Assembly: GCA_964371655.1 (NCBI GenBank)
Contig: CAYJOD010000001.1
Location: 84,572 to 148,571 of the forward strand
Length of the DNA: 64,000 nt
Direction: 5' to 3'
Origin: an uncultured Candidatus Binatia bacterium
Lineage (GTDB): Bacteria > Desulfobacterota > Binatia > HRBIN30
How positions within the stretch are numbered: the stretch's first letter is position 1; each line of letters starts with the position of its first letter. Positions 56,004-64,000 of the stretch are shown in pieces. The notes under the pieces were generated by a model, which saw nothing but the letters and a program-made list of their open reading frames with translations, searched no databases and had not been told where the DNA came from. A program made the translations under genes and the position numbers.

Positions 56004-57392
56004 GTGATGGCGGGCCGAAGCTTGTCCGCGGCACGAGCCATCTCCTATCTCGTCATGCTTGCGACCGCGCCAAGCCTGTGGGCAGCGCCGGCCGCCGTCG
56101 CCGCGTGGCCCGAGTCGCTGGTCATGCCTGGTGAGGTCGTGGAGAAGCACGCGCGCGTCGAGGCGGAGTGCATGAAGTGTCACGCTCCACTCAACAAGGC
56201 GGCACAGGATCCGCTCTGCCTCGACTGTCACAAAGACGTGGCCGCGGATCTGGCTCAGAAGCGCGGGTTCCATGGGCAGGAGCCTACCGTCGGTGGCCGG
56301 CGTTGCGGGACCTGTCACGCAGAGCATAAGGGCAGAAGCGCCAACATCCTGCCACTGAACCGAGAAACGTTTGATCATCGCCATACCGTCATGCCCCTGC
56401 GTGGCGAGCACACGAAAGTGCGCTGTGAAAACTGCCACCTCGCCGGCAAGCGCTATCGCGAGGCGTCACCACAGTGCAACGATTGCCACGCGCGCAAGGA
56501 CCCGCACCAGACCACCCTGGGAACGAGCTGCGATAGCTGCCATGCGCCGTCCGCTTGGAAGACGGTGCGTTTCGATCACGACACCGCGCCGTTCCGGCTG
56601 GAAGGGCGGCATCGTGAGACGCATTGCGACAGCTGCCACAAGACCAAGCTCTTCAAAGCTACGGCAACCGACTGCTGGTCGTGCCACGGACCGAAAGACA
56701 AGCATCGCGGCAGCTTTGGAAGTAACTGCCAGTCGTGCCACACACCGACGCGGAAGTGGTCGGCGACGGAGTTCGACCACGCGCACAAGACACAGTTCGT
56801 CTTGGTGAGCCGCCACGCCAGCACGGGTTGCGAGAAGTGTCACCGCGATGGCCTCGCCGCGAAGCTTACACCTACGGCATGCTTCGGCTGCCATGAGCGC
56901 AACGACGGCCACCACGGGCAGTACGGGCGCGCCTGCGAGACGTGCCACGTTCCGACCGACTGGAAGCGTCCGACGTTCGTGCACGACCGCGACACGCATT
57001 TCTCGCTGCGCGGGCGGCATAAAGAGAACCGCTGCGCCGACTGTCACCGTGGCAACCCGCGCGAGGAGCACCTCGATAAGAGCTGCATCACCTGTCATCG
57101 CAACGACGACGTTCATCACGGCCGGCAGGGGGCGCGTTGCGACAAGTGCCATGACGAGCGCGGCTGGAGTCGCGACGTGCTCGTCGATCATGACGCAACC
57201 AAGTTCCCATTGACGGGCGCGCACACGCGCGTCACCTGCATCGGCTGCCATCCATCCCCCGTCTTCAAGGGCGTCGCGCGCGAATGCGTGTCGTGTCACG
57301 AGCGCGACGGTGTCCAACGCTGCCGGCGCGGCCCCGAGTGCGAGCGCTGCCATGAGACATCCACCTTCCGTCTGGTGCGAGCCCCGCAATGA
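56004..57392 (+). CDS. 18-heme c-type cytochrome built from tandem cytochrome-c7-like triheme modules
   Basis: 18 CxxCH motifs counted. Recurrent module FDH..H...C.xCH....C.DCH...D.H.G..G..C..CH. Signal peptide AISYLVMLATAPSLWAAPA. Confidence 0.9.
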   Translation: MMAGRSLSAARAISYLVMLATAPSLWAAPAAVAAWPESLVMPGEVVEKHARVEAECMKCHAPLNKAAQDPLCLDCHKDVAADLAQKRGFHGQEPTVGGRRCGTCHAEHKGRSANILPLNRETFDHRHTVMPLRGEHTKVRCENCHLAGKRYREASPQCNDCHARKDPHQTTLGTSCDSCHAPSAWKTVRFDHDTAPFRLEGRHRETHCDSCHKTKLFKATATDCWSCHGPKDKHRGSFGSNCQSCHTPTRKWSATEFDHAHKTQFVLVSRHASTGCEKCHRDGLAAKLTPTACFGCHERNDGHHGQYGRACETCHVPTDWKRPTFVHDRDTHFSLRGRHKENRCADCHRGNPREEHLDKSCITCHRNDDVHHGRQGARCDKCHDERGWSRDVLVDHDATKFPLTGAHTRVTCIGCHPSPVFKGVARECVSCHERDGVQRCRRGPECERCHETSTFRLVRAPQ

Positions 57393-60142
57393 TGAACCAC
57401 GGGACAGAGGCGCGCGTCGCAGCCCACCACAGCGCGGTTCACACTGGGCGACGCCGGGTACCGCGCCCGCATGGGCACGTTCCGATTGCGCTGCTGTGCT
57501 TCGTCATCGCCCTTCCCGCTGCCGCCCTTGCCGTTTGCGGAGGAGGCGGGACATCGCGTCTTCCGCTTCCCGCGGTCACGCATTTGCGCAGCTACCGCGC
57601 CCCATTCAGCGTTCCGACACGAATGGCGGTCGATGCATCCGGGAACGTGTACGTCACCGACCCGGGACTCGGCCAGGTCATCGTGCGCGCCCCGAACGGG
57701 CGCATCATCTCGCGGGTCGGTGGTCTCGGACATCCAGTCAGCGTTGCGGTGGGCAGCGCCGGTCGCATCTACGTCGGCGATACGGCATCCGGCAGCGTCA
57801 CCGCGTTCAACGCAGAATGGCAGAAGCTCCTAGAGTTGGGGCGCGGCGCCGGCGAGTTTCTGCAGCCCAGCGACGTGGCCGTCGATGCGGCAACCGGCAA
57901 CCTTTACGTCGCCGACAGCGCGGCGCAGCTCGTCAAAGTTTACACGGCTGCCGGCACCTTCGTACGCAGCTTTGGCGGTCATGGGAGTGGCGACGGCCAG
58001 TTCGACTTCCCCGTCGGAGTCTTCGTCGACGCGGCGGCGCACCAGGTCTTGGTCGCAGATCAACTGAACTATCGCATTCAGATCTTCGACGTCGCGGGCA
58101 ACTTCCTGTCCTGCTTCGGGGCGCAGGGAAGCGGACCGGGCAATTTCAACCTGCCGCAAAGCGTGTCGAGCGACCGCGCCGGTCGCATCTACGTCGCCGA
58201 CTCCGTTGAAGGGCACATTCAGGTGCTCGACCGCAGCGGCGGATTCGCCGGCTACATTGGCGATTTCGGCGACGCTGCCGGGCAGCTGCGCATTCCCATC
58301 GGAATGGTCATCGATCCGTCCAACCGGTTATTCGTCGCCGCCGCGAACAACGCGCGCCTGGAGGTGTTTGGGTTGGACGCGTTCGCCGACCCCGAGACCA
58401 TCCTGCCCGCCGTGGTCCACCTGGAACCCGAGCTCATCGACAAGGCGGCCCCGGCGACCAACGTCGCGAGTTATATCGAAGTGCCCGGATATTCACTCGA
58501 CTCGGTTGTCTCCGGCAGCATTTCGGCCAACGGCATCTCGACCGCCACGGTTCCGATCTCGGTGGGCGATCACGACGGCAATGGCGACCCCGACCTGCGC
58601 GTCGAGTTTCCGCGTGCAGCGTTGCTGGCGACGCTACCACCCGACGGTGCCGCTACGGTGACTGTGACCGGCCGCCTCGGAACCAAGCAGTTCGAAGCCG
58701 CGGCCGTGCTCCACATCACCACTTGCGCAGCTGGAACCATCTGTTCGCTTGGCGTTGCGGAGCCACAGTGCAACGAGGCCGTCTGCATCGCTGCCGTCGG
58801 CTGCACCATACAGCGCAAACCCGACGGTACTCGATGCGAAGACGGAAACGCCTGCACGATCGACGACGTTTGCGGCGCCGGCGTCTGCGCCGGAGCAGGA
58901 TTGCCCTGCGACGACGGCAATGCGTGCACCGACGACAGCTGCGACCCCACCGGCGGCTGTGTGCACACGAACAATTCCGAGCCGTGCGATGATGCGAACG
59001 CCTGCACGTCCTTAGACAAGTGTGCGGGAGGAACCTGCGGTGGTACGTCGCTTGGCTGCGACGACGCTAACGTATGCACGGACGACACCTGCGACCCGGT
59101 GCATGGTTGTGCTCACACGAACAATGCCGAGCCTTGTGACGATGGCAACGCCTGCACCAGTGCGGACAGGTGTGCGGCAGGCGTCTGTGCCGGCGTAGCG
59201 ATTCGCTGCGATGGCGGGGATGTGTGCAGCAAGGGCAGCTGCGATCCGGCGCGTGGCTGTATCCACGCCTATACCAGCGCGTCCTGCAATGACGCCGATC
59301 CCGGCACCGTAGGCGACGCGTGCGACGGCGCCGGCAGCTGCGTCGGCACCGCGGTTACCGGGCGCTATGCGCTTCTGCGTTGGCCCCTGGACGCTTCCCG
59401 CCACGGCGCGCCGACCCGCATGCGCAAGGGCCTCATCCATGGCGACGTCTGCGCCGAGAGCCTCCGAGTAGGACCGCTCAGCCAGATTCAGGGAGACATG
59501 GTGGCCTGGGCTCGCGACGGCTGGGCTATTGAGTTCAGTGGTCAGAGTCAGATCGCCGGCAACGTGGTCACAGGCGGCGGGACAATCGTGGGGATCAACC
59601 CGGTGGCCGTCCGCGGCCGTGTCGACGTCTTTGGCCGCGGCACCGAGCTGGCGCAATGCTTCGCGGCTCGTTATCGCGCCACACAGCGCCGAGGCGACTT
59701 CGGCGCCCTTCCCCCGACGCCCGGTTTCGCGCTGGGACTAATTCAGCTGAATCCGGGAGGCAATCAGCGCCTTCCGTCCACCGGAGAATTCGCGAGTGGA
59801 CAGACGGTGATCGAGATCACCGAGCTGCGTCTGGATTCATCGAGCACGCTGACGCTGGCGGGGACGCCGGCCACGGGAGCGGTGATCGTCCACATCCGCA
59901 ACCGGATGTTGGTCGGACGTGGCGCGCGCATCGCTCTCGATGGGTTGGCGCCCGAGCGGCTGCTTTTCGTAATCGACGGATCGGTCATCCTGAGGCCACA
60001 AGCGAGCGTCGTCGGCTCGGTGTTCGCGGCGAAGCGCGTGCACATGGGCAGCGCCAGCGCCATCACCGGGGCACTGCTCGGCAGTGTCATCCATCTGTCC
60101 CCATCCGCCACCATAGACCTTCACCCGTTCGTGGGATGGTAA
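57389..60142 (+). CDS. NHL-repeat beta-propeller protein fused to Ig-like, tandem Cys-rich (CxDGNxCTxDxC) and C-terminal beta-solenoid-like regions; possible lipoprotein
   Basis: Six NHL-like blades (e.g. GQFDFPVGVFVD, GNFNLPQSVSSDRAGRIYVADS, GQLRIPIGMVID) at residues about 75-328. Cys-rich repeats at residues about 446-651. C-terminal 260 aa resembles DUF3494/choice-of-anchor solenoids. AALAVCGG near the N-terminus. ATGA overlap with the 18-heme gene. Confidence 0.85.
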   Translation: MMNHGTEARVAAHHSAVHTGRRRVPRPHGHVPIALLCFVIALPAAALAVCGGGGTSRLPLPAVTHLRSYRAPFSVPTRMAVDASGNVYVTDPGLGQVIVRAPNGRIISRVGGLGHPVSVAVGSAGRIYVGDTASGSVTAFNAEWQKLLELGRGAGEFLQPSDVAVDAATGNLYVADSAAQLVKVYTAAGTFVRSFGGHGSGDGQFDFPVGVFVDAAAHQVLVADQLNYRIQIFDVAGNFLSCFGAQGSGPGNFNLPQSVSSDRAGRIYVADSVEGHIQVLDRSGGFAGYIGDFGDAAGQLRIPIGMVIDPSNRLFVAAANNARLEVFGLDAFADPETILPAVVHLEPELIDKAAPATNVASYIEVPGYSLDSVVSGSISANGISTATVPISVGDHDGNGDPDLRVEFPRAALLATLPPDGAATVTVTGRLGTKQFEAAAVLHITTCAAGTICSLGVAEPQCNEAVCIAAVGCTIQRKPDGTRCEDGNACTIDDVCGAGVCAGAGLPCDDGNACTDDSCDPTGGCVHTNNSEPCDDANACTSLDKCAGGTCGGTSLGCDDANVCTDDTCDPVHGCAHTNNAEPCDDGNACTSADRCAAGVCAGVAIRCDGGDVCSKGSCDPARGCIHAYTSASCNDADPGTVGDACDGAGSCVGTAVTGRYALLRWPLDASRHGAPTRMRKGLIHGDVCAESLRVGPLSQIQGDMVAWARDGWAIEFSGQSQIAGNVVTGGGTIVGINPVAVRGRVDVFGRGTELAQCFAARYRATQRRGDFGALPPTPGFALGLIQLNPGGNQRLPSTGEFASGQTVIEITELRLDSSSTLTLAGTPATGAVIVHIRNRMLVGRGARIALDGLAPERLLFVIDGSVILRPQASVVGSVFAAKRVHMGSASAITGALLGSVIHLSPSATIDLHPFVGW

Positions 60143-60150
60143 GGCCGCCA

Positions 60151-61536
60151 ATGAAGCGAAGGCGAATACCCGATTGGTGGCTGTGTCTGGCGTTGGCGTG
60201 CATCGCCAGCGCTGCAGCCCAGGCACTCGACCCGCCCCACGACGCGAGCAAGTCGATCGATTGCGCCAACTGCCACATCACGCACCACGCCCCCGGTGGC
60301 GCAATCACCACGGTTGGCGGGAATCCGAACCTGTGCATCAGCTGCCATACCGCGGGCGGGCTGGCGTCCGCCAAACCATTTGCCAACAGCGACGAAGCGA
60401 TCCCAGGAACCAGCGGCACCTCGCATCGGTGGGACTCCGGCGTGGCGGGTTGGGTCAAGACGAATTCCGCGAACACCTCGCCAGGCACCGTGCAGTCGGG
60501 AGGCAGTTTCACCGGGCGTTACCGCAAGGCGTACACGATCACCATCAGCAGCGCCGGTGATGCAGGCACGGCGCTGTTCAATTGGACCACGTCCAATCTC
60601 GTCGGCCTGACGTACGTGGATGCGTTTGCGGCCATCGCCTACAACGGCAGCAGCGGGACGCAGGCGTGGACCGCGAGCCCCTGGCAGGAGATCGTCGAGG
60701 CCGACGGGCCGGCCGCGGGCTTCGTCCAAGTGGTGGCCAACGTCGCCTGTGCCAGCGGCGATTGCCTGCGGATCGGCGGCGGAACGATCGATACGCGCGG
60801 GTTGCAACGCCCGGCGAACGTAAGCGGCGCCACGGCGGCCACGCTGACCTTCAGCTACCGCCGGCAGCTGGCCACATGTCCGAACACCAGCACCGCCAAC
60901 GTCGCTCTCCAAGTCAGCAGTAACGGAACGACCTGGGCTACACTCGCTACCTACAATTTGAACAATTGCGATGCCGTCCCGGTCGCGCAGGTCTTCGACC
61001 TCACCCCTTACATCGCCGCCGCCACGCGGATCCGCTTTGTCGGCGTCGGCACCACCGCTGCCACCGATTTCAGCTACATCGACAATGTCCAGATTCAATA
61101 CGTGGTCTCCGGTCGTGGGGCCACGAACGTCACCTCCGGCGCCAGCGTGGGCCTGGATGAAGGTATCACCGTCACCTTCAACAGTGGGACGCCGTCGCCG
61201 TCGTTCAGGCTGAACGATCAATGGACCGTTTTCGCTAGCGCCGATATCAACCAGCCGACCACGCCCGCCTTGGCGGCGCGCATGACTGGCGGCGTCGCGA
61301 CGTGCTCGACGTGTCACAACGAACACAGCCAAGTGGGTGAGCCCTTCGATCTTGCCGCCCCCGCGTATCCGGTGCCGGGACCCGGCGGGGTCGGACGCCA
61401 TTACCAGCGCACCGACGACGACATCAATCAGATGTGCGCCGATTGCCACAGCACCCGTAAGGTGACGGCGTCTTCACAGGGATCCCACCCGGTCGGCGTC
61501 GTGATCCCCAGCATTGGTCCGTTCAAGAATCCCTAG
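60151..61536 (+). CDS. Secreted tetraheme cytochrome c with large non-heme insert domain
   Basis: Signal peptide [45 protein letters not shown] (CxxCHxxH style). Insert at residues about 155-317 is shared with the next protein. Confidence 0.85.
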   Translation: MKRRRIPDWWLCLALACIASAAAQALDPPHDASKSIDCANCHITHHAPGGAITTVGGNPNLCISCHTAGGLASAKPFANSDEAIPGTSGTSHRWDSGVAGWVKTNSANTSPGTVQSGGSFTGRYRKAYTITISSAGDAGTALFNWTTSNLVGLTYVDAFAAIAYNGSSGTQAWTASPWQEIVEADGPAAGFVQVVANVACASGDCLRIGGGTIDTRGLQRPANVSGATAATLTFSYRRQLATCPNTSTANVALQVSSNGTTWATLATYNLNNCDAVPVAQVFDLTPYIAAATRIRFVGVGTTAATDFSYIDNVQIQYVVSGRGATNVTSGASVGLDEGITVTFNSGTPSPSFRLNDQWTVFASADINQPTTPALAARMTGGVATCSTCHNEHSQVGEPFDLAAPAYPVPGPGGVGRHYQRTDDDINQMCADCHSTRKVTASSQGSHPVGVVIPSIGPFKNP

Positions 61537-61543
61537 GTTCACA

Positions 61544-63691
61544 ATGAAACGGATCATCCTGCTCCTTGGTTTCTGTTGTACGGCGGTGGCACCGCAGATG
61601 GTCGGTGTCGCGGCGGCGCAGAGCACCTACCGCGACAACTTCAACTCGGCCGTCTACAGCGGCTCGAACGGTACAGCGAGCTGGACGAGCTCGCCCTGGG
61701 TCGAAAGCGACGACGCGGGCGGAGGTGCGACGGGTGGAAACATCTTCGTCGTTACCGCGAGCGGCTGCCCGCAAGGGACCTGCCTGAACGTCAGCGCGGT
61801 CGATGTTCCTGACCAGATCTACCGACAGGCCGATCTCAGCGCCGCCACGGCGGCTACGCTTACCTACACGTACTGCCACGACAGCGCACCCGGTTCTGTC
61901 GTCGCGGAGATTTCCTACAACGGCGGCAGCAACTGGACGACGGTTGCCACCTACTCGAGCCAGAGCACGTGCCCGAGCACGCAGAGCTTCACACTCACCC
62001 AGTTCACCAGCAACACGCGGCTGCGCTTCCGCGTCACGGCGACCGGTGGCGCGATCCTCTACGTCGATCAGGTACAGTTCGCCTTTTCCACGGGAGCGGT
62101 CGTGTCGCCGACCGCGACTCTGACCAGAACGCCCTCGGCGACGACTACGCCCACTCTCACGGCGACGCGAACGCCAACCACTCCGTCGACGCCGACGCCG
62201 ACGAATACTCCCACGAGAACCGCAACCAACACCCCGACAGGGCCGACCGGCACGCCGACGCGCACGCCAACGATTACCCAGACAGCGACAATTACCCAGA
62301 CGTTCACGATCACGCGGACGCCTACGGTGACCAACACGCCGACCCGAACGCCGACGGGACCCACGGCGACGATCACCGCGACAGCAACGATCACTCCGAT
62401 TCCGAACGCGTTCCCCCTGCCGCTCGACAAGAAGACGGCCGCGGTCCGGTGCATGACGTGCCACAACGTGCACTACCAGGGAGCCGGCGCCGGCATGCTG
62501 CTGCGCAGCGGGAACACGAACGCCCTGTGCACCGACTGCCACACCCTGGCCGACACCACGACACCGGCAGCGCATCTCAACGCCTCGACAGGCGCGTTGT
62601 GGCCCGGCCCGAAATACGGAACGCTTTTCCCGGCTATCACCGACACGACCCAGCGTGGCGCGTGCTCCAACTGTCACCGCTCACATGGGTGGCCGGATGA
62701 GGGCAATCCCGGCCAGGACTATCCAACCCTGCTGGTCAATCGCGAGGAGAACCTCTGCTACACGTGCCACGACGGTACCGTGACGCCGAAGAACCTGCTG
62801 GTTCAATTCACGAAGAGCTACCGCCATCCGGTACCGGACTACAGCGGCCGTCACAGCACGAGCGAAGATGGAGCTCCGTCCGCCTACGGCACCGCGAATC
62901 GTCACTCCGAGTGTGCCGACTGTCACAACCCTCATCTAGTCAATGCCGATGCGACCGCTCCGAGCGCCCCCACGGCCTCGAACCGGATCCGTGGCGTCAG
63001 CCGGATTGCCGTGGCCAATGGCGCGGCGGGGACGGTCCCGACGTACACCTACCGTGGACCCAACGACGCCACCGCCCCGATCACCGAATACCAGCTGTGC
63101 TTCAAGTGCCACTCGTCGTGGACGACGCAGCCCGCGGGCCAGTCGAACACCGCCGTGCAGTTCAACAGCAACAACCGCTCCTACCATCCCGTCGAAGCAC
63201 AGGGGAAGAACACCAACATCAACGTCAACTCATTTGCGAACGGGTGGACGGGGACCAGCGCCATGTACTGTAGCGACTGTCACAGCGGAGATGACGCAAC
63301 TGTCCGCGGCGCGCATGGGTCGCAATACCGGTACATCCTCAAGCAGGCGTCGATTGCCAGCAGCAGCAGCCGGACCACAGCCTCCACCGAGCTGTGCTTC
63401 AATTGCCACTCGTACAACACCTACGCCAACACCGGCGCCACCACGACCCAGGAAAACTACAGTCGCTGGTCTTCGGCCGGCAGCCAAGACAACGGACACA
63501 CGGCGCACGTGGTCAACCATCGAGCCCCCTGTTACGCGTGCCACGCCTCGCACGGTGTGGCCACGCAGCCGCACTTGATCGTCACCGGCCGCAGCCCGGG
63601 CATCAACACCTACACGGAAACAACCAACGGTGGGACCTGCTCCCCCACCTGCCACGGCACAGAGAGTTACACGATCACCTATGCGCGTTGA
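61544..63691 (+). CDS. Secreted multiheme cytochrome c (9 CxxCH + 1 CxxxCH) with N-terminal non-heme domain and Thr/Pro linker
   Basis: Signal peptide [27 protein letters not shown]. Shared domain at residues 29-181. T/P-rich linker at about 186-283. Heme motifs CMTCH, CTDCH, CSNCH, CYTCH, CADCH, CFKCH, CSDCH, CFNCH, CYACH, CSPTCH. Confidence 0.85.
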   Translation: MKRIILLLGFCCTAVAPQMVGVAAAQSTYRDNFNSAVYSGSNGTASWTSSPWVESDDAGGGATGGNIFVVTASGCPQGTCLNVSAVDVPDQIYRQADLSAATAATLTYTYCHDSAPGSVVAEISYNGGSNWTTVATYSSQSTCPSTQSFTLTQFTSNTRLRFRVTATGGAILYVDQVQFAFSTGAVVSPTATLTRTPSATTTPTLTATRTPTTPSTPTPTNTPTRTATNTPTGPTGTPTRTPTITQTATITQTFTITRTPTVTNTPTRTPTGPTATITATATITPIPNAFPLPLDKKTAAVRCMTCHNVHYQGAGAGMLLRSGNTNALCTDCHTLADTTTPAAHLNASTGALWPGPKYGTLFPAITDTTQRGACSNCHRSHGWPDEGNPGQDYPTLLVNREENLCYTCHDGTVTPKNLLVQFTKSYRHPVPDYSGRHSTSEDGAPSAYGTANRHSECADCHNPHLVNADATAPSAPTASNRIRGVSRIAVANGAAGTVPTYTYRGPNDATAPITEYQLCFKCHSSWTTQPAGQSNTAVQFNSNNRSYHPVEAQGKNTNINVNSFANGWTGTSAMYCSDCHSGDDATVRGAHGSQYRYILKQASIASSSSRTTASTELCFNCHSYNTYANTGATTTQENYSRWSSAGSQDNGHTAHVVNHRAPCYACHASHGVATQPHLIVTGRSPGINTYTETTNGGTCSPTCHGTESYTITYAR

Positions 63692-63884
63692 ACCATCCAT
63701 CGCGGCAAACATCCCTTTTCGTGCGCCGCGCGTATCATCGGCAAGCACCAGGGGTGCCCTCTGTCGGGAAGACACTGGGCGCCAAGGCCAGCTCCCCTCG
63801 CCCGCGCCACTTCCGGCGCGGGAGAGGGTTAGGGTGAGGGCCATCGTGAGGAAGCATTGTGAACAATCGGATCCCTCACCCCCA

Positions 63885-63965
63885 CCCTCTCCCGCGGGTA
63901 TTGCGGGAGAGGGAGTGCTTCCAAACACCGGTGCTGCTTGGGTCGCGGGCGTCAGCCCGCGCTGT
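63885..63965 (+). repeat. 80-nt hairpin-containing element, copy downstream of the cytochrome cluster
   Basis: CCCTCTCCCGCGGGTATTGCGGGAGAGGGAGTGCTTCCAAACACCGGTGCTGCTTGGGTCGCGGGCGTCAGCCCGCGCTGT. Same orientation as 54334-54413. Confidence 0.85.
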
Positions 63966-64000
63966 GAAGACGGGGGCTACCCGGGGCGAACGGGGTTCGA

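Overview
GC-rich (about 63-72% in sampled blocks) bacterial chromosomal segment, probably from an environmental metal- or anaerobe-respiring lineage (inference only). It has three kinds of content. (1) Positions 1-11261 are a lower-GC (about 52-53%) accessory island. It carries a tyrosine integrase, a secreted matrixin-like metalloprotease operon, a YhhQ-type queuosine-precursor transporter fused into an operon with two unassignable proteins, and a P-loop GTPase-like gene translationally coupled to a small membrane protein. The island ends at a 42-nt tRNA(CAU) 3' fragment. (2) A core region holds housekeeping genes (purE/purD/purH, tsaC, gluQ, ppnP, an isocitrate-dehydrogenase family gene, meaB, amidase, TonB-dependent receptor, two-component genes). 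A second integrase-less islet of about 2.5 kb sits at an intact tRNA-Asn and is bounded by a perfect 43-bp direct repeat. (3) Respiratory and redox content is unusually rich. There is an octaheme/NrfC/NrfD/monoheme quinol module. There is also a tightly packed cluster of a b-type cytochrome, an 18-heme c7-polymer cytochrome, an NHL-propeller/Cys-rich/solenoid protein and two large secreted multiheme cytochromes that share an unassigned non-heme domain. I rate that cluster as the best candidate for an undescribed extracellular electron-transfer system. Also notable are a secreted 566-aa protein made of eight about 61-aa repeats full of vicinal cysteines, flanked by a vanadium-haloperoxidase-like lipoprotein and a GMC oxidase, and at least six families of palindromic intergenic repeats. 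No rRNA genes or CRISPR arrays were seen.
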